A stretch of 64,000 nucleotides of DNA from an uncultured Helicobacter sp. (GTDB lineage Bacteria > Campylobacterota > Campylobacteria > Campylobacterales > Helicobacteraceae). The translations under genes were made by a program, and so were the position numbers. How positions within the stretch are numbered: position 1 is the stretch's first letter; each line of letters opens with the position of its first letter. Below the pieces are notes generated by a model that was given only the letters and a program-made list of their open reading frames with translations, searched no databases and had not been told where the DNA came from. Of the stretch, positions 28,428 through 37,162 are shown piece by piece. The stretch spans positions 17,576 through 81,575 of the forward strand of contig CASEHV010000014.1 in NCBI GenBank assembly GCA_949287835.1. The letters are read 5' to 3'.

Positions 28428-30962
28428 TTAATTCAATAGCCTCCTTGAATTTAGCACGACACTAATAGAGCTAAGACTCATGGCTAGGCTTGCTATCATG
28501 GGGTTTAGATAGATTCCAAAGGGGGCTAGGATTCCCATAGCTAGTGGAATGCAGAGGGCATTGTAGATAAAGGCAAAGCTTAGATTCTGTTTTATATTCT
28601 TAAGTGTGTCCTGCCCTGTGAGTAGTGCTTCCTTTATGCCTAGCAGTGTTGAGTTAAAGTAAATAATATCGCCACTTTTAATGCTAATCTCACTGCCGCT
28701 TGACATTACTATGGATACATCTGCACTAGAGATAGCAATGGAATCATTCATGCCATCTCCTATCATTACGACTTTATAGCCCTTTTGCTTCATCTCTTGT
28801 ATATACTCCATTTTGCCACTAGCACTTGCTCCTGCTTTGTAATCCACCCCTAGCTCTTGTGCTATTTTCGCTACATTTGCTTCTTTATCCCCGCTTAGAA
28901 TCTCTACTTTTATATTGTTTGCCTTTAGATATTCTACTAGCTCTTTTGCATTTTCTTTTAGTCTCTCCGCTAGGGTAATTTTCCCTAGCACTAGATAGCC
29001 ACTAGATTCTCTAATATACCTTGCTACATAGACTTCTATGCCTATGTCATCTCCCTCTAGCACATCTGCATTTATAATGTTTTTGCTTTTCATAAATGCC
29101 TTGCTACCTATGATAAATGTGGAATCTAGATTCTGCAGAGATGTTTCGCTAGCACTCAACATGACGGGGGGTTGCAACATGCCTTGTTTGTTAAACATAA
29201 TGTTTTTATTTAATGTTGCGTTATTGTTTGCATTAAACTTAGTAGGACTTCCCAATGTAATGTTATTTAATGTAACGTCATTTTGAGCCACAGGCAAAGA
29301 TTCTTTCACATTTAGCCCCATGCTACCAGCGGGATTTTGATAGTTATTTTGTAGCACCGCTTCCATGCCTTGATTAATGAGGCTTTTTTGCGATTTCACA
29401 GCATAAAGTGGCACGTCTTTTAGAATCTCACAAATATTCTTTGCGATGATATGAGAGCTAAAAGATTCTATGGAAGCACATATCTTTAGCAGGGTAAATT
29501 GCAGTGGCGAATTAATTTTTAGCTTTTTTGCTAGATTCTCATCTAGCTTTTCATCAAATAAAAAGTCTTTTTGATTTTGGCTAAAAACCTCTATGCTTTG
29601 TATATGCAGTTTATTGTCTGTAAGTGTGCCTGTCTTGTCAAACAAAAAGGCATTGCAGTGCGAGATTTGCTCTAGGCTATTTGCATTCTTAAAAAAGATT
29701 CCAGCTTTGTTTGCCCTTGCATTTGCAAATAATATTGCCATAGGCGTGGCAAGACCTAGCGCGCATGGACATGAGATAAGGAGTGTGCTAACAAAAAATA
29801 GCATACCTCTCTCTATGCCATCTACATATAGCCAAAAGATTCCGCTAAGTGTGGCTAGAGCGATGATTAAAGGCACAAAAACCGATGAGATTCTATCGGC
29901 TAGGTTTGCGATATTTGCCTTGCTTGATAGACATTGATAGATGAGATGATGAATCTTTGATAGGCTAGAATCTTTACTGCTAGAGGTGGCTTTGATTATG
30001 ATAGCACTATCTGTATTAATACTGCCGGCATTTAGCGTCTGCCCCTTTGTCTTAGCCACAGGGATACTCTCACCGCTTAGATTACTCTCATCGATATTTG
30101 CATGAGGGCTAAGTAATGTAGCATCTATGGGTATGAAGCTATGGGGTAGCACTTTTAGATAATCACCCTTTTGTATGGAATCTACACTTATCTGCACCCC
30201 GCTATCTGTGTCTTTTTCACTTTTTAGTTTGTATATAATGCTTTCTTGCTTTTTTAGTAGTCTTTTCGCACTCTCTAATGCCTTTTGCTTTGCACTATGC
30301 TCGATATATTTGCCTATCATGACAAAGGTTAGAATCACACATACGCTCTCAAAGTAGAGATTATGCAATATCTGCGGACTATCAAAATCTCTTAAAAGAG
30401 TGTAGAGACTATACAGAAATCCCGCACCGCTACCTAGTGCCACTAGGGAATCCATATTTGGATTCCTAAGATATAGTGCCTTAAATCCCTTAAAGAAAAA
30501 TGCCCTGCCAAAGTGCATAACGCATAATGCGATAAATAGCTGAAGAATTGCATTGCTTTTATCATCTATGAATGTGGGGAGATGAAACATATCTCTTAGC
30601 ATACTAATATAAAGTATAACAAGAGATAGAATAACACTTAGGATAACTCTAATCTTATCATTTAGAATCTTTGTCTCTAGGATATGAAAGATTCTAAGGA
30701 TAGGATTACTTGGCGCTTCTATTTTGGAATCCTCAAAAAGTCCCTCTAACAAATATGCTCTATATCCCATATCCTCTATGAGTTTTATGATTTGCTCCTT
30801 GCTAGTTTTATTGGCAAAGAACTCAATATTAGCGCTATTACTTAGCAGAGATACTTCTGCTTTGTGTATGAAATCTTGCTTATTTAGCATTTTCTCTATA
30901 CCAGATTTGCAAGCCTGACAACTCATGCCTGCAATGCCTAGTGATAATGTCGTAGTTTGCAT
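28428..30962 (-). CDS. copA: Copper-translocating P1B-type ATPase
   Basis: N-terminal HMA GMSCQACKSGIEKML, TM CPC motif (SCPCALGLATP), DKTGTLT, and GDGMNDS. It carries a ~70-aa Asn/Gln-rich insert in the N domain. Confidence 0.9.
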   Translation of the reverse strand: MQTTTLSLGIAGMSCQACKSGIEKMLNKQDFIHKAEVSLLSNSANIEFFANKTSKEQIIKLIEDMGYRAYLLEGLFEDSKIEAPSNPILRIFHILETKILNDKIRVILSVILSLVILYISMLRDMFHLPTFIDDKSNAILQLFIALCVMHFGRAFFFKGFKALYLRNPNMDSLVALGSGAGFLYSLYTLLRDFDSPQILHNLYFESVCVILTFVMIGKYIEHSAKQKALESAKRLLKKQESIIYKLKSEKDTDSGVQISVDSIQKGDYLKVLPHSFIPIDATLLSPHANIDESNLSGESIPVAKTKGQTLNAGSINTDSAIIIKATSSSKDSSLSKIHHLIYQCLSSKANIANLADRISSVFVPLIIALATLSGIFWLYVDGIERGMLFFVSTLLISCPCALGLATPMAILFANARANKAGIFFKNANSLEQISHCNAFLFDKTGTLTDNKLHIQSIEVFSQNQKDFLFDEKLDENLAKKLKINSPLQFTLLKICASIESFSSHIIAKNICEILKDVPLYAVKSQKSLINQGMEAVLQNNYQNPAGSMGLNVKESLPVAQNDVTLNNITLGSPTKFNANNNATLNKNIMFNKQGMLQPPVMLSASETSLQNLDSTFIIGSKAFMKSKNIINADVLEGDDIGIEVYVARYIRESSGYLVLGKITLAERLKENAKELVEYLKANNIKVEILSGDKEANVAKIAQELGVDYKAGASASGKMEYIQEMKQKGYKVVMIGDGMNDSIAISSADVSIVMSSGSEISIKSGDIIYFNSTLLGIKEALLTGQDTLKNIKQNLSFAFIYNALCIPLAMGILAPFGIYLNPMIASLAMSLSSISVVLNSRRLLN
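29122..29304 (-). mobile_element. Copy of the composite repeat element embedded in frame in copA
   Basis: The coding strand reads AGAATCTTTGCCTGTGGCTCAAAATGAC ... CCCCCC GTCATGTTGAGTGCTAGCGAAACATCT CTGC AGAATCTAGATTCC. The final 44 nt match the unit at 60796-60840 and, reversed, the unit at 14962-15010. The block order is colinear with 60728-60840. Confidence 0.7.
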
Positions 30963-31107
30963 GTTAGTCCTTTTTTAACAATGACATCTACCCCTTTCCA
31001 GATATGCAATATACATATAGGGGGTTAGGGTATTATAGCGGAAATTTTGAAATGTGGAATCATTTTTATATAATACATTCATGATTTTTATTTCCCAAGG
31101 GGTAGTA

Positions 31108-31545
31108 ATGAGCGATGAGATTACAGCAAATACATTAACAAATCATTTAGAAGACAGAAGTATCGCTAAAGACATAAACTTTCGATTATCAGGCGAGTTA
31201 AGAGGGCTAGGACATAATATTTCTCAAGTGCATTTTATACCCACAGAGGATATGTGTGTAGATTCTAGATTGATACATAATGGCTTTATTTTTAGTGCGG
31301 CATCGCATTGTGCCTTGACTGCGTTAAATAAGAAAAATAGCATTATCATCGGAGCGGATATAAAATTCCTAGCACCAATCGAGCTAGGGCATGAGGTGCT
31401 TTTCAAAGGCGAAGCACTGCAAGATGACACAAAGAAATGCGAGGTGAAAGTCGAGGGTTTTTTGCTAGATATTAAGATTTTTTATGGAATCTTTCATATC
31501 GCTGTGTTTGATAAGAAGATATTTAAGCTTAAGTTTGACCAATGA
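31108..31545 (+). CDS. Hotdog-fold thioesterase (HP0420-like)
   Basis: 145 aa, PaaI/hotdog-like (HNGFIFSAASHCA..). Its stop overlaps the next start in an ATGA. The same thioesterase-cgt pairing exists in H. pylori (HP0420/HP0421), as I recall it. Confidence 0.65.
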   Translation: MSDEITANTLTNHLEDRSIAKDINFRLSGELRGLGHNISQVHFIPTEDMCVDSRLIHNGFIFSAASHCALTALNKKNSIIIGADIKFLAPIELGHEVLFKGEALQDDTKKCEVKVEGFLLDIKIFYGIFHIAVFDKKIFKLKFDQ

Positions 31546-32783
31546 TTATTACATTTGTCGTAGATACCTACAAAGATAGGAGTAATGGCACGTCCATGAC
31601 TGCTTTCCGCACGGCACGTAAGCTAAGAGAACTAGGGCATGAGGTACGTATTGTAGCCACTAGGACAGATAAAGGTAAGCTAGATTCTAATATCGAAATT
31701 GGTAGCGAGGGTGAGAGGCTATATTTAGTCAAAGAGAGATATATTCCTATCGTTACAGAGATTTCGCACAAGCAGCACATGATATTTGGCTATCCGCAAG
31801 AGAGCATTCTAAGAGAGGCACTAAGTGGTAGCGATATTGTGCATTTATATCTGCCTTTTGCACTAGAGATTGCCGCACTGCATTTATGCCGCACACTAAA
31901 GATTCCATACATATCTGCCTTTCATCTCCAGCCCCAGCACATAAGCTATAACATGAATATGGATTTTGAGTGGTTTAATGACTATCTGTATAGACGCTTT
32001 TACAATCATTTTTACAGATATACCCATCATATTCACTGTCCAAGTAAGCTTATGCAAGATGAGATAGAGAGGATTGGCTATGATGCTAAGTCGTATGTGA
32101 TTAGTAATGGCTTTGATGTCGGGGTGCATGGGGGGAATCTTGAATTCTTTGAAGATGGTCTTTTTCATATCGCATCTGTGGGTAGATTCTCAAAAGAGAA
32201 ATGTCAAGATGTGCTAGTACGCGCTATTGCTAATAGTAAATATGCTAAGAATATTAAGCTACATTTACACGGGCTAGGTCCTAGGGAATCGTATCTAAAA
32301 AAGCTATGTGATAATCTATTAGATAATTATGAATTTGGCTTTGTAGAAAATTCTGCTCTTATGCAAAAGATCTCTAAAATGCACCTATACGTCCACCCTG
32401 CACAAGTCGAGAGTGAGGCTATATCATGCCTTGAGGCTATATCGCTTGGAGTCGTGCCTTTGATTGCGGATTCTAAGATTTCTGCTACGAATCAATTTGC
32501 CCTTGATGAGAGGAGTATTTTTCGCACAAATGATGTAGAGAATCTAAGCAAAAAGATAGAATATTGGTATGAGAATAGGGGAGATTTACTAGCCATGAGA
32601 GAGAAATATATGCAATCTGCTAAGAAATATGCCCTAAATCTTAGCGTGGATAGAATCTACTCACTCTACAAGGAAGCTATCTCAGATTTTAGAGAGAATG
32701 AGGGATTGTTTGGGAGGGTTAATTCTCTATTACAGAAACCTCCATTAAATCCTGCAAACTATGCTTTTGAAACTCCTGTATAA
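31542..32783 (+). CDS. cgt: GT4 glycosyltransferase, cholesterol alpha-glucosyltransferase (Cgt/HP0421) homologue
   Basis: MIITFVVDTYKDRSNGTSMTAFRTARKLRELGHEVRIVA.., ERYIPIVTEISHKQH, HLQPQHISYNM, HHIHCPSK, and ESEAISCLEAISLG closely match my recollection of H. pylori HP0421. Confidence 0.75.
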   Translation: MIITFVVDTYKDRSNGTSMTAFRTARKLRELGHEVRIVATRTDKGKLDSNIEIGSEGERLYLVKERYIPIVTEISHKQHMIFGYPQESILREALSGSDIVHLYLPFALEIAALHLCRTLKIPYISAFHLQPQHISYNMNMDFEWFNDYLYRRFYNHFYRYTHHIHCPSKLMQDEIERIGYDAKSYVISNGFDVGVHGGNLEFFEDGLFHIASVGRFSKEKCQDVLVRAIANSKYAKNIKLHLHGLGPRESYLKKLCDNLLDNYEFGFVENSALMQKISKMHLYVHPAQVESEAISCLEAISLGVVPLIADSKISATNQFALDERSIFRTNDVENLSKKIEYWYENRGDLLAMREKYMQSAKKYALNLSVDRIYSLYKEAISDFRENEGLFGRVNSLLQKPPLNPANYAFETPV

Positions 32784-33141
32784 ATGCGTCCTTTGCACGA
32801 TGAATAATTGCTTTTAGATTGCATTTATTTTTGTATGGGCAGTCTGTGTGTTTAATGTTATGCTTTAGACATTCCACAAAGTCTGTGTTTACCTCTGTGT
32901 ATAATAAAACATCGGATAATCCTATGTCTTTTGGCTCTTTTGCTAGTCGTATCCCTCCATCTCTGCCTTTGAAAGATTCTATGAATCTGCCCTTTGATAG
33001 CTTGTGAATGATTTTTTTGAGATGATTCTGTGATATTTTTAACTCGCTTGCCATTTGCTCTATGGTGCTTAAGCCCTCTGTATTTTCTGCTAGATATATA
33101 AGCGCTCTAAAGGAGTAGTCGCTAAACTTTGATAACTGCAT
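32719..33141 (-). CDS. Rrf2-family transcriptional regulator (NsrR/IscR-like)
   Basis: MQLSKFSDYSFRALIYLA wHTH N-terminus and GRDGGIRLAK motif, with Cys residues in the C-terminal half. The 3' end overlaps the cgt 3' end by 65 nt (convergent). Confidence 0.85.
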   Translation of the reverse strand: MQLSKFSDYSFRALIYLAENTEGLSTIEQMASELKISQNHLKKIIHKLSKGRFIESFKGRDGGIRLAKEPKDIGLSDVLLYTEVNTDFVECLKHNIKHTDCPYKNKCNLKAIIHRAKDAFIQEFQKHSLQDLMEVSVIEN

Positions 33142-33223
33142 GTTTTACTCCATGGATAATATTGCTAAACATAATAGCATAAAAGTTTTGATTACAACTT
33201 TTTAGTAGAATAGAGGTTTTGTT

Positions 33224-34336
33224 TTGGGAATTGCTATGTATAAAATATTTATATTATGTGTATTTTGTATTGCCGTGCCACTAAATAATTATAAAGGTGA
33301 TTTTGTTTATATCAAGCAGTCTTTATCTCTCATGGCAATAGGCGATGCACTGCTACACTCGTATGTATATAATGACGCCAAAAATAATAATGAATATGAC
33401 TTTTCCTCTATGCTTACATTTCTAAAACCAATCGTGAAATCCCATAACCTAGCATTTTATAATCAAGAGACAATACTAGGCGGAAAGGAGTTAGGACTTA
33501 GTAGCTACCCCTCATTTAATTCCCCTCAAGAATTTGGCATAAATATGCTTGATTTAGGATTTAATCTAGTATCACTTGCGAATAATCATACATTAGATAG
33601 AGGGGAGAGGGCGATTAAAAACTCTCTTAGATTCTGGAGTGATAAGGGAATTTTATACGCTGGTAGCTATGAATCTTTTGAGGATAGGAATAAAGAGAGA
33701 ATATTTTATAGCAATGGAATCTCTTATAGCATGTTAGCATATACCTATGGCACAAATGGCATACCGCTAAAAAAGGGCAGGGAATACTTGGTAAATGTGT
33801 ATAATAAAGATATGCTAAAGCAGGATATACAACGCATTAGACCAAAGGTAGATTTACTAATAGTATCTATGCACTGGGGAAATGAATATGAATTTAATCC
33901 CACAAAAGAACAAAGAGAATTTGCCGCATATCTATCATCTCTTGGCGTTGATATAATCATAGGACATCACTCCCATGTGATAGCTCCTGTGGAATTTATA
34001 GGGAAGACATTAGTGATATATTCGCTAGGGAACTTTATATCCGCACAGCAAAAATTAGATAATAAAATAGGTTTGCTAGTCTCTTTGAATCTCACTAAAA
34101 AAACTCGCAAATCCCCATTAGATGAGTTTGTGTTAAAAGATATTAGTATAGATGAGGTCAATTTGGAACTACTATATACATATAATGATTCTAATAAGCA
34201 GAAATTTGCAGTATATCCATTTCATAAACTAAATGATTCTATATTACAGAATCATAAAAGTATATATGATAAATATATAAAAATCGCTTGTAAAAATCCT
34301 ATGTATAATACACAAAACTATACACGTTGTTTTTGA
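33224..34336 (+). CDS. CapA-family (PGA_cap) metallophosphatase-like membrane-anchored protein
   Basis: MAIGDALLH, ANNHTLDRGE, SMHWGNEY and GHHSHV motifs, with an N-terminal TM anchor. The true start is probably ATG 33236. Confidence 0.75.
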   Translation: MGIAMYKIFILCVFCIAVPLNNYKGDFVYIKQSLSLMAIGDALLHSYVYNDAKNNNEYDFSSMLTFLKPIVKSHNLAFYNQETILGGKELGLSSYPSFNSPQEFGINMLDLGFNLVSLANNHTLDRGERAIKNSLRFWSDKGILYAGSYESFEDRNKERIFYSNGISYSMLAYTYGTNGIPLKKGREYLVNVYNKDMLKQDIQRIRPKVDLLIVSMHWGNEYEFNPTKEQREFAAYLSSLGVDIIIGHHSHVIAPVEFIGKTLVIYSLGNFISAQQKLDNKIGLLVSLNLTKKTRKSPLDEFVLKDISIDEVNLELLYTYNDSNKQKFAVYPFHKLNDSILQNHKSIYDKYIKIACKNPMYNTQNYTRCF

Positions 34337-34591
34337 TTACAACTTAAACGGATTCTCCACCACTTTTCTAGTATCCACGACATAAGGAATCAAAGCCATG
34401 TGCCTAGCTCTTTTAATAGCTATCTCAACTCTCTCCTGCCATTTCTTGGAGTTACCTGTAAGTCTTCGTGGCATAATCTTATATCTCTCAGATAGCGAAT
34501 GCTTTAATAGCTCTATATCCTTGTAATCGATAAAGTCGATTTTTGCCTCTGTATATTTGCAGTATCTCTTAGAGTATTTTTTTCTTTCCAT
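34337..34591 (-). CDS. rpsR: 30S ribosomal protein S18
   Basis: 84 aa with [24 protein letters not shown]; last gene of rpsF-ssb-rpsR. Confidence 0.95.
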   Translation of the reverse strand: MERKKYSKRYCKYTEAKIDFIDYKDIELLKHSLSERYKIMPRRLTGNSKKWQERVEIAIKRARHMALIPYVVDTRKVVENPFKL

Positions 34592-34611
34592 GATATATCC
34601 TTTATAAAAAA

Positions 34612-35214
34612 TTAAAATGGAATCTCATCATCTATGTCAATGTCTGGCATCTGTGCTTTGTTTGCATTATAGCCCTCACTGCCACGATTTTGATTCGCAT
34701 TAGTATTGCCCATGCTGACATTCCCCATATTTCCCATATTAGAGTTTGCCATATTATTATTTGACATGGGAGTATTTCCCATAGCATTTTTTGCATAATT
34801 ATTACGCATGTTTTGATTAAATCCCTGAGAGTTACCTTCATAGTTATCATTACCCAAGTAGGCATTATCCTGCGGGTAATCACTCTGAGATTTATTATCT
34901 AGCATGACCATAGATTCGCCTAAAATACTATGTTTGCTACGTTTATTTCCCTGCTGGTCTGTCCATGTGTCGTATTGTAATTTTCCCTCTACGAGGACCT
35001 TGGAGCCTTTCCTTAGATATTGATTTGCTATCTCTGCGGTTCTGCCAAACATATTCACATCTACAAAGCAGGTGTCATCTACAGTTGTTCCATCCTGCCT
35101 TTTGTATTTGCGATTAGATGCAATGCCAAATACAGCTACGGCTACACCTGTATTAAGATAACGCAAATCTACATCACGGGTAAGATTCCCGACTATTACA
35201 ATTCTATTAAACAT
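34612..35214 (-). CDS. ssb: Single-stranded DNA-binding protein
   Basis: OB-fold N-terminus [19 protein letters not shown], an Asn/Met/Gly-rich linker, and the acidic tip [10 protein letters not shown]. Confidence 0.95.
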   Translation of the reverse strand: MFNRIVIVGNLTRDVDLRYLNTGVAVAVFGIASNRKYKRQDGTTVDDTCFVDVNMFGRTAEIANQYLRKGSKVLVEGKLQYDTWTDQQGNKRSKHSILGESMVMLDNKSQSDYPQDNAYLGNDNYEGNSQGFNQNMRNNYAKNAMGNTPMSNNNMANSNMGNMGNVSMGNTNANQNRGSEGYNANKAQMPDIDIDDEIPF

Positions 35215-35217
35215 GGA

Positions 35218-35757
35218 TTATCCCTGCACTTCCTCGCTACCGCTATCTTTACCTGAAGTCTCGCTAGGGAGATTCTCACTAGGATTCTGACTTAAATCTT
35301 TTGCTTCCTCAAAGTCTTTGGCAAAATCTTTAGCCTCACCCTCGCCAACTCTCTCTCTATGCTCACTTCTACGTTCTCTATCGCCTCTATCATCATCTTT
35401 TTTTAGTGATTTTGGCTTCTCTTTCTTATCGGCACGATTGACTAGAGATTGCCAAATTTTCTGGTCTTTTTTGCTCTCATACTTGATAATGATAAATCGA
35501 AGAATGTCCTCATTGATTCTATACAATCTCTCAAGCTCAAAAGTTAGCTCTGGATTTGCCATAAAATAAATGACAAAATAATAGCCTCGACTTTGCTTTT
35601 TAATCTGATAGGCAAGATTCCTCATTCCCATGTCAAGGCAGGTTTGTATTGTCCCGCCATTCTTGGTAATGACCTCTTTGAAAAAATCAATCTTAGCCTT
35701 TATCTCCTCCTCTACAAGAGTAGGCTTTATGATAAACATTGTCTCATAATGACGCAT
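35218..35757 (-). CDS. rpsF: 30S ribosomal protein S6 with extended acidic C-terminal tail
   Basis: [15 protein letters not shown]-terminus; 179 aa, with a tail rich in D/E/K/R. Confidence 0.95.
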   Translation of the reverse strand: MRHYETMFIIKPTLVEEEIKAKIDFFKEVITKNGGTIQTCLDMGMRNLAYQIKKQSRGYYFVIYFMANPELTFELERLYRINEDILRFIIIKYESKKDQKIWQSLVNRADKKEKPKSLKKDDDRGDRERRSEHRERVGEGEAKDFAKDFEEAKDLSQNPSENLPSETSGKDSGSEEVQG

Positions 35758-35780
35758 TAAATCTCCTTGTGGTATTAGCC

Positions 35781-35796
35781 TAGAATCTAGATTCTA
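35781..35796. repeat. Perfect 16-bp palindrome TAGAATCTAGATTCTA between holA and rpsF
   Basis: Isolated copy of palindrome C of the repeat family, 24 nt upstream of the rpsF start and 38 nt downstream of the holA stop. Confidence 0.8.
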
Positions 35797-35833
35797 ATAC
35801 TTGATTCTAAGCAAGGTAAAACCACGCATTGTA

Positions 35834-36820
35834 TCATAAAATTCTCTGCATTGCAATAGCACAAGAAAGCAGGGAGTCATCGCCATTTAGCCTTTTAATC
35901 CTAGCTAGGTTTAGAATCTCAAATATATCTAAATATTGCTTTGTGCTAATTTTTAGACTCCTTTTACTCCATGTATTTAGAATATGGCTTGGCGCCACAT
36001 AGCCTAATGCCTCTTTGGAATCTATCTTTCCATAAGCCTTTGAATGTCCATATAGCTTAAATAAAATATAAAAATATCTATGAATCTCTCTTAGAATCTC
36101 TACCTCATCTATGCCCTCATCGCTTAGACTTTGCACCATATAGGCTAGATTCCCTCTTTTATCAAAAATGCAGTCAATTAAAGATTCTATCTTAGTGCTG
36201 CCTAGCGTGTGGCTTATCTCCTCTAGTAGTTCCTTTGTTATCTCTTTGTAGTAAATGAATTTTTCTAGCTCATTATATGCCATGCCTAAGTCATAGTTCT
36301 GAATCTCAAGTAGATATTGCAAGATTCCATAACTAGCATTTATGCCTAGCATTTTTGCCCTAGAATCTAAAATTGCCATAGCCTCATTTTGGTTAGGATT
36401 ATAGAATCTCACATCTGCTATGTTAAGGGAATTGTCTTTAAAATTTGCACTTAACCCCTTAAATCTCTTTGCATACTCGGCGTTATTAATGCTAGGTGAT
36501 TTATATAACTCTATAATGAGATAGCTATTTGCATTATCTTTTAACGTCTGCAGTATTTGGCTTGACTGCTTTTTATTTGGCACTACATAGAGTTTTAGCC
36601 GCATGATATTTTGTGTGCTAAAAAGACTGCTAGAGCCAAGAAAGTCTATTAGATTCTCAAAGTCATATTCCTCAAAATACATACTCTCATGAGTGCTACC
36701 TAGCCTTTGTGTTATTACATCTCCATAGAAAGATAGCATAAACTCGCTATCTCCATAAAAGAGGCAAAGACGTGGAATCTCTCCTCTTTTTAGAGTGCCA
36801 TCAAGGACTGCCTTTGTCAT
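35834..36820 (-). CDS. holA: DNA polymerase III subunit delta
   Basis: About 328 aa, with size and position (upstream of rpsF, as in H. pylori) as expected. The N-terminal CLFYGDSEF block is typical of delta subunits. ATGA start/stop overlap with the upstream ORF (start 36820). Confidence 0.65.
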   Translation of the reverse strand: MTKAVLDGTLKRGEIPRLCLFYGDSEFMLSFYGDVITQRLGSTHESMYFEEYDFENLIDFLGSSSLFSTQNIMRLKLYVVPNKKQSSQILQTLKDNANSYLIIELYKSPSINNAEYAKRFKGLSANFKDNSLNIADVRFYNPNQNEAMAILDSRAKMLGINASYGILQYLLEIQNYDLGMAYNELEKFIYYKEITKELLEEISHTLGSTKIESLIDCIFDKRGNLAYMVQSLSDEGIDEVEILREIHRYFYILFKLYGHSKAYGKIDSKEALGYVAPSHILNTWSKRSLKISTKQYLDIFEILNLARIKRLNGDDSLLSCAIAMQRIL

Positions 36821-37095
36821 TGTGCCTCGCATTGCAGAGCATAGATTTTAATATTACTAAACTGCTTTTTTAGATTCCTAGCAAGATTTATAGCCACATC
36901 ATGCTCTAGGTAGATTTTAAACATAGCATAGCTCTGTCGCCCACTTACCTGCTCCTCGTCTCCTTGTAGCATGTGTTTTGCGGCATATTTTTTTGTATCA
37001 ATGTAGAAAAAATCATCATAGCCATTCTTTAGCAGAAAGTCCGTAAAATTATCTTTAGAATCTGCCTTTATGTATATATCTAGCATTGTCATCAA
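36817..37095 (-). CDS. Small conserved hypothetical protein (92 aa), translationally coupled to holA
   Basis: The ORF ends in an ATGA overlap with holA. I cannot assign a family confidently. Confidence 0.5.
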   Translation of the reverse strand: MMTMLDIYIKADSKDNFTDFLLKNGYDDFFYIDTKKYAAKHMLQGDEEQVSGRQSYAMFKIYLEHDVAINLARNLKKQFSNIKIYALQCEAQ

Positions 37096-37162
37096 AGAGT
37101 TCCCATATAAAAAGAATTTTTGAAGTATAATACAAGGTTTTTGATGAAAAAGGAAAGTAGAG

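Noticed and set aside
34632-35420. Whether the low-complexity Ssb linker (Asn/Met/Gly-rich) and the extended acidic RpsF tail are also repeat-element insertions, as in copA
   Set aside because: I found none of the unit A, B or C nucleotide motifs in these regions. Disordered Ssb linkers and S6 tails are common.
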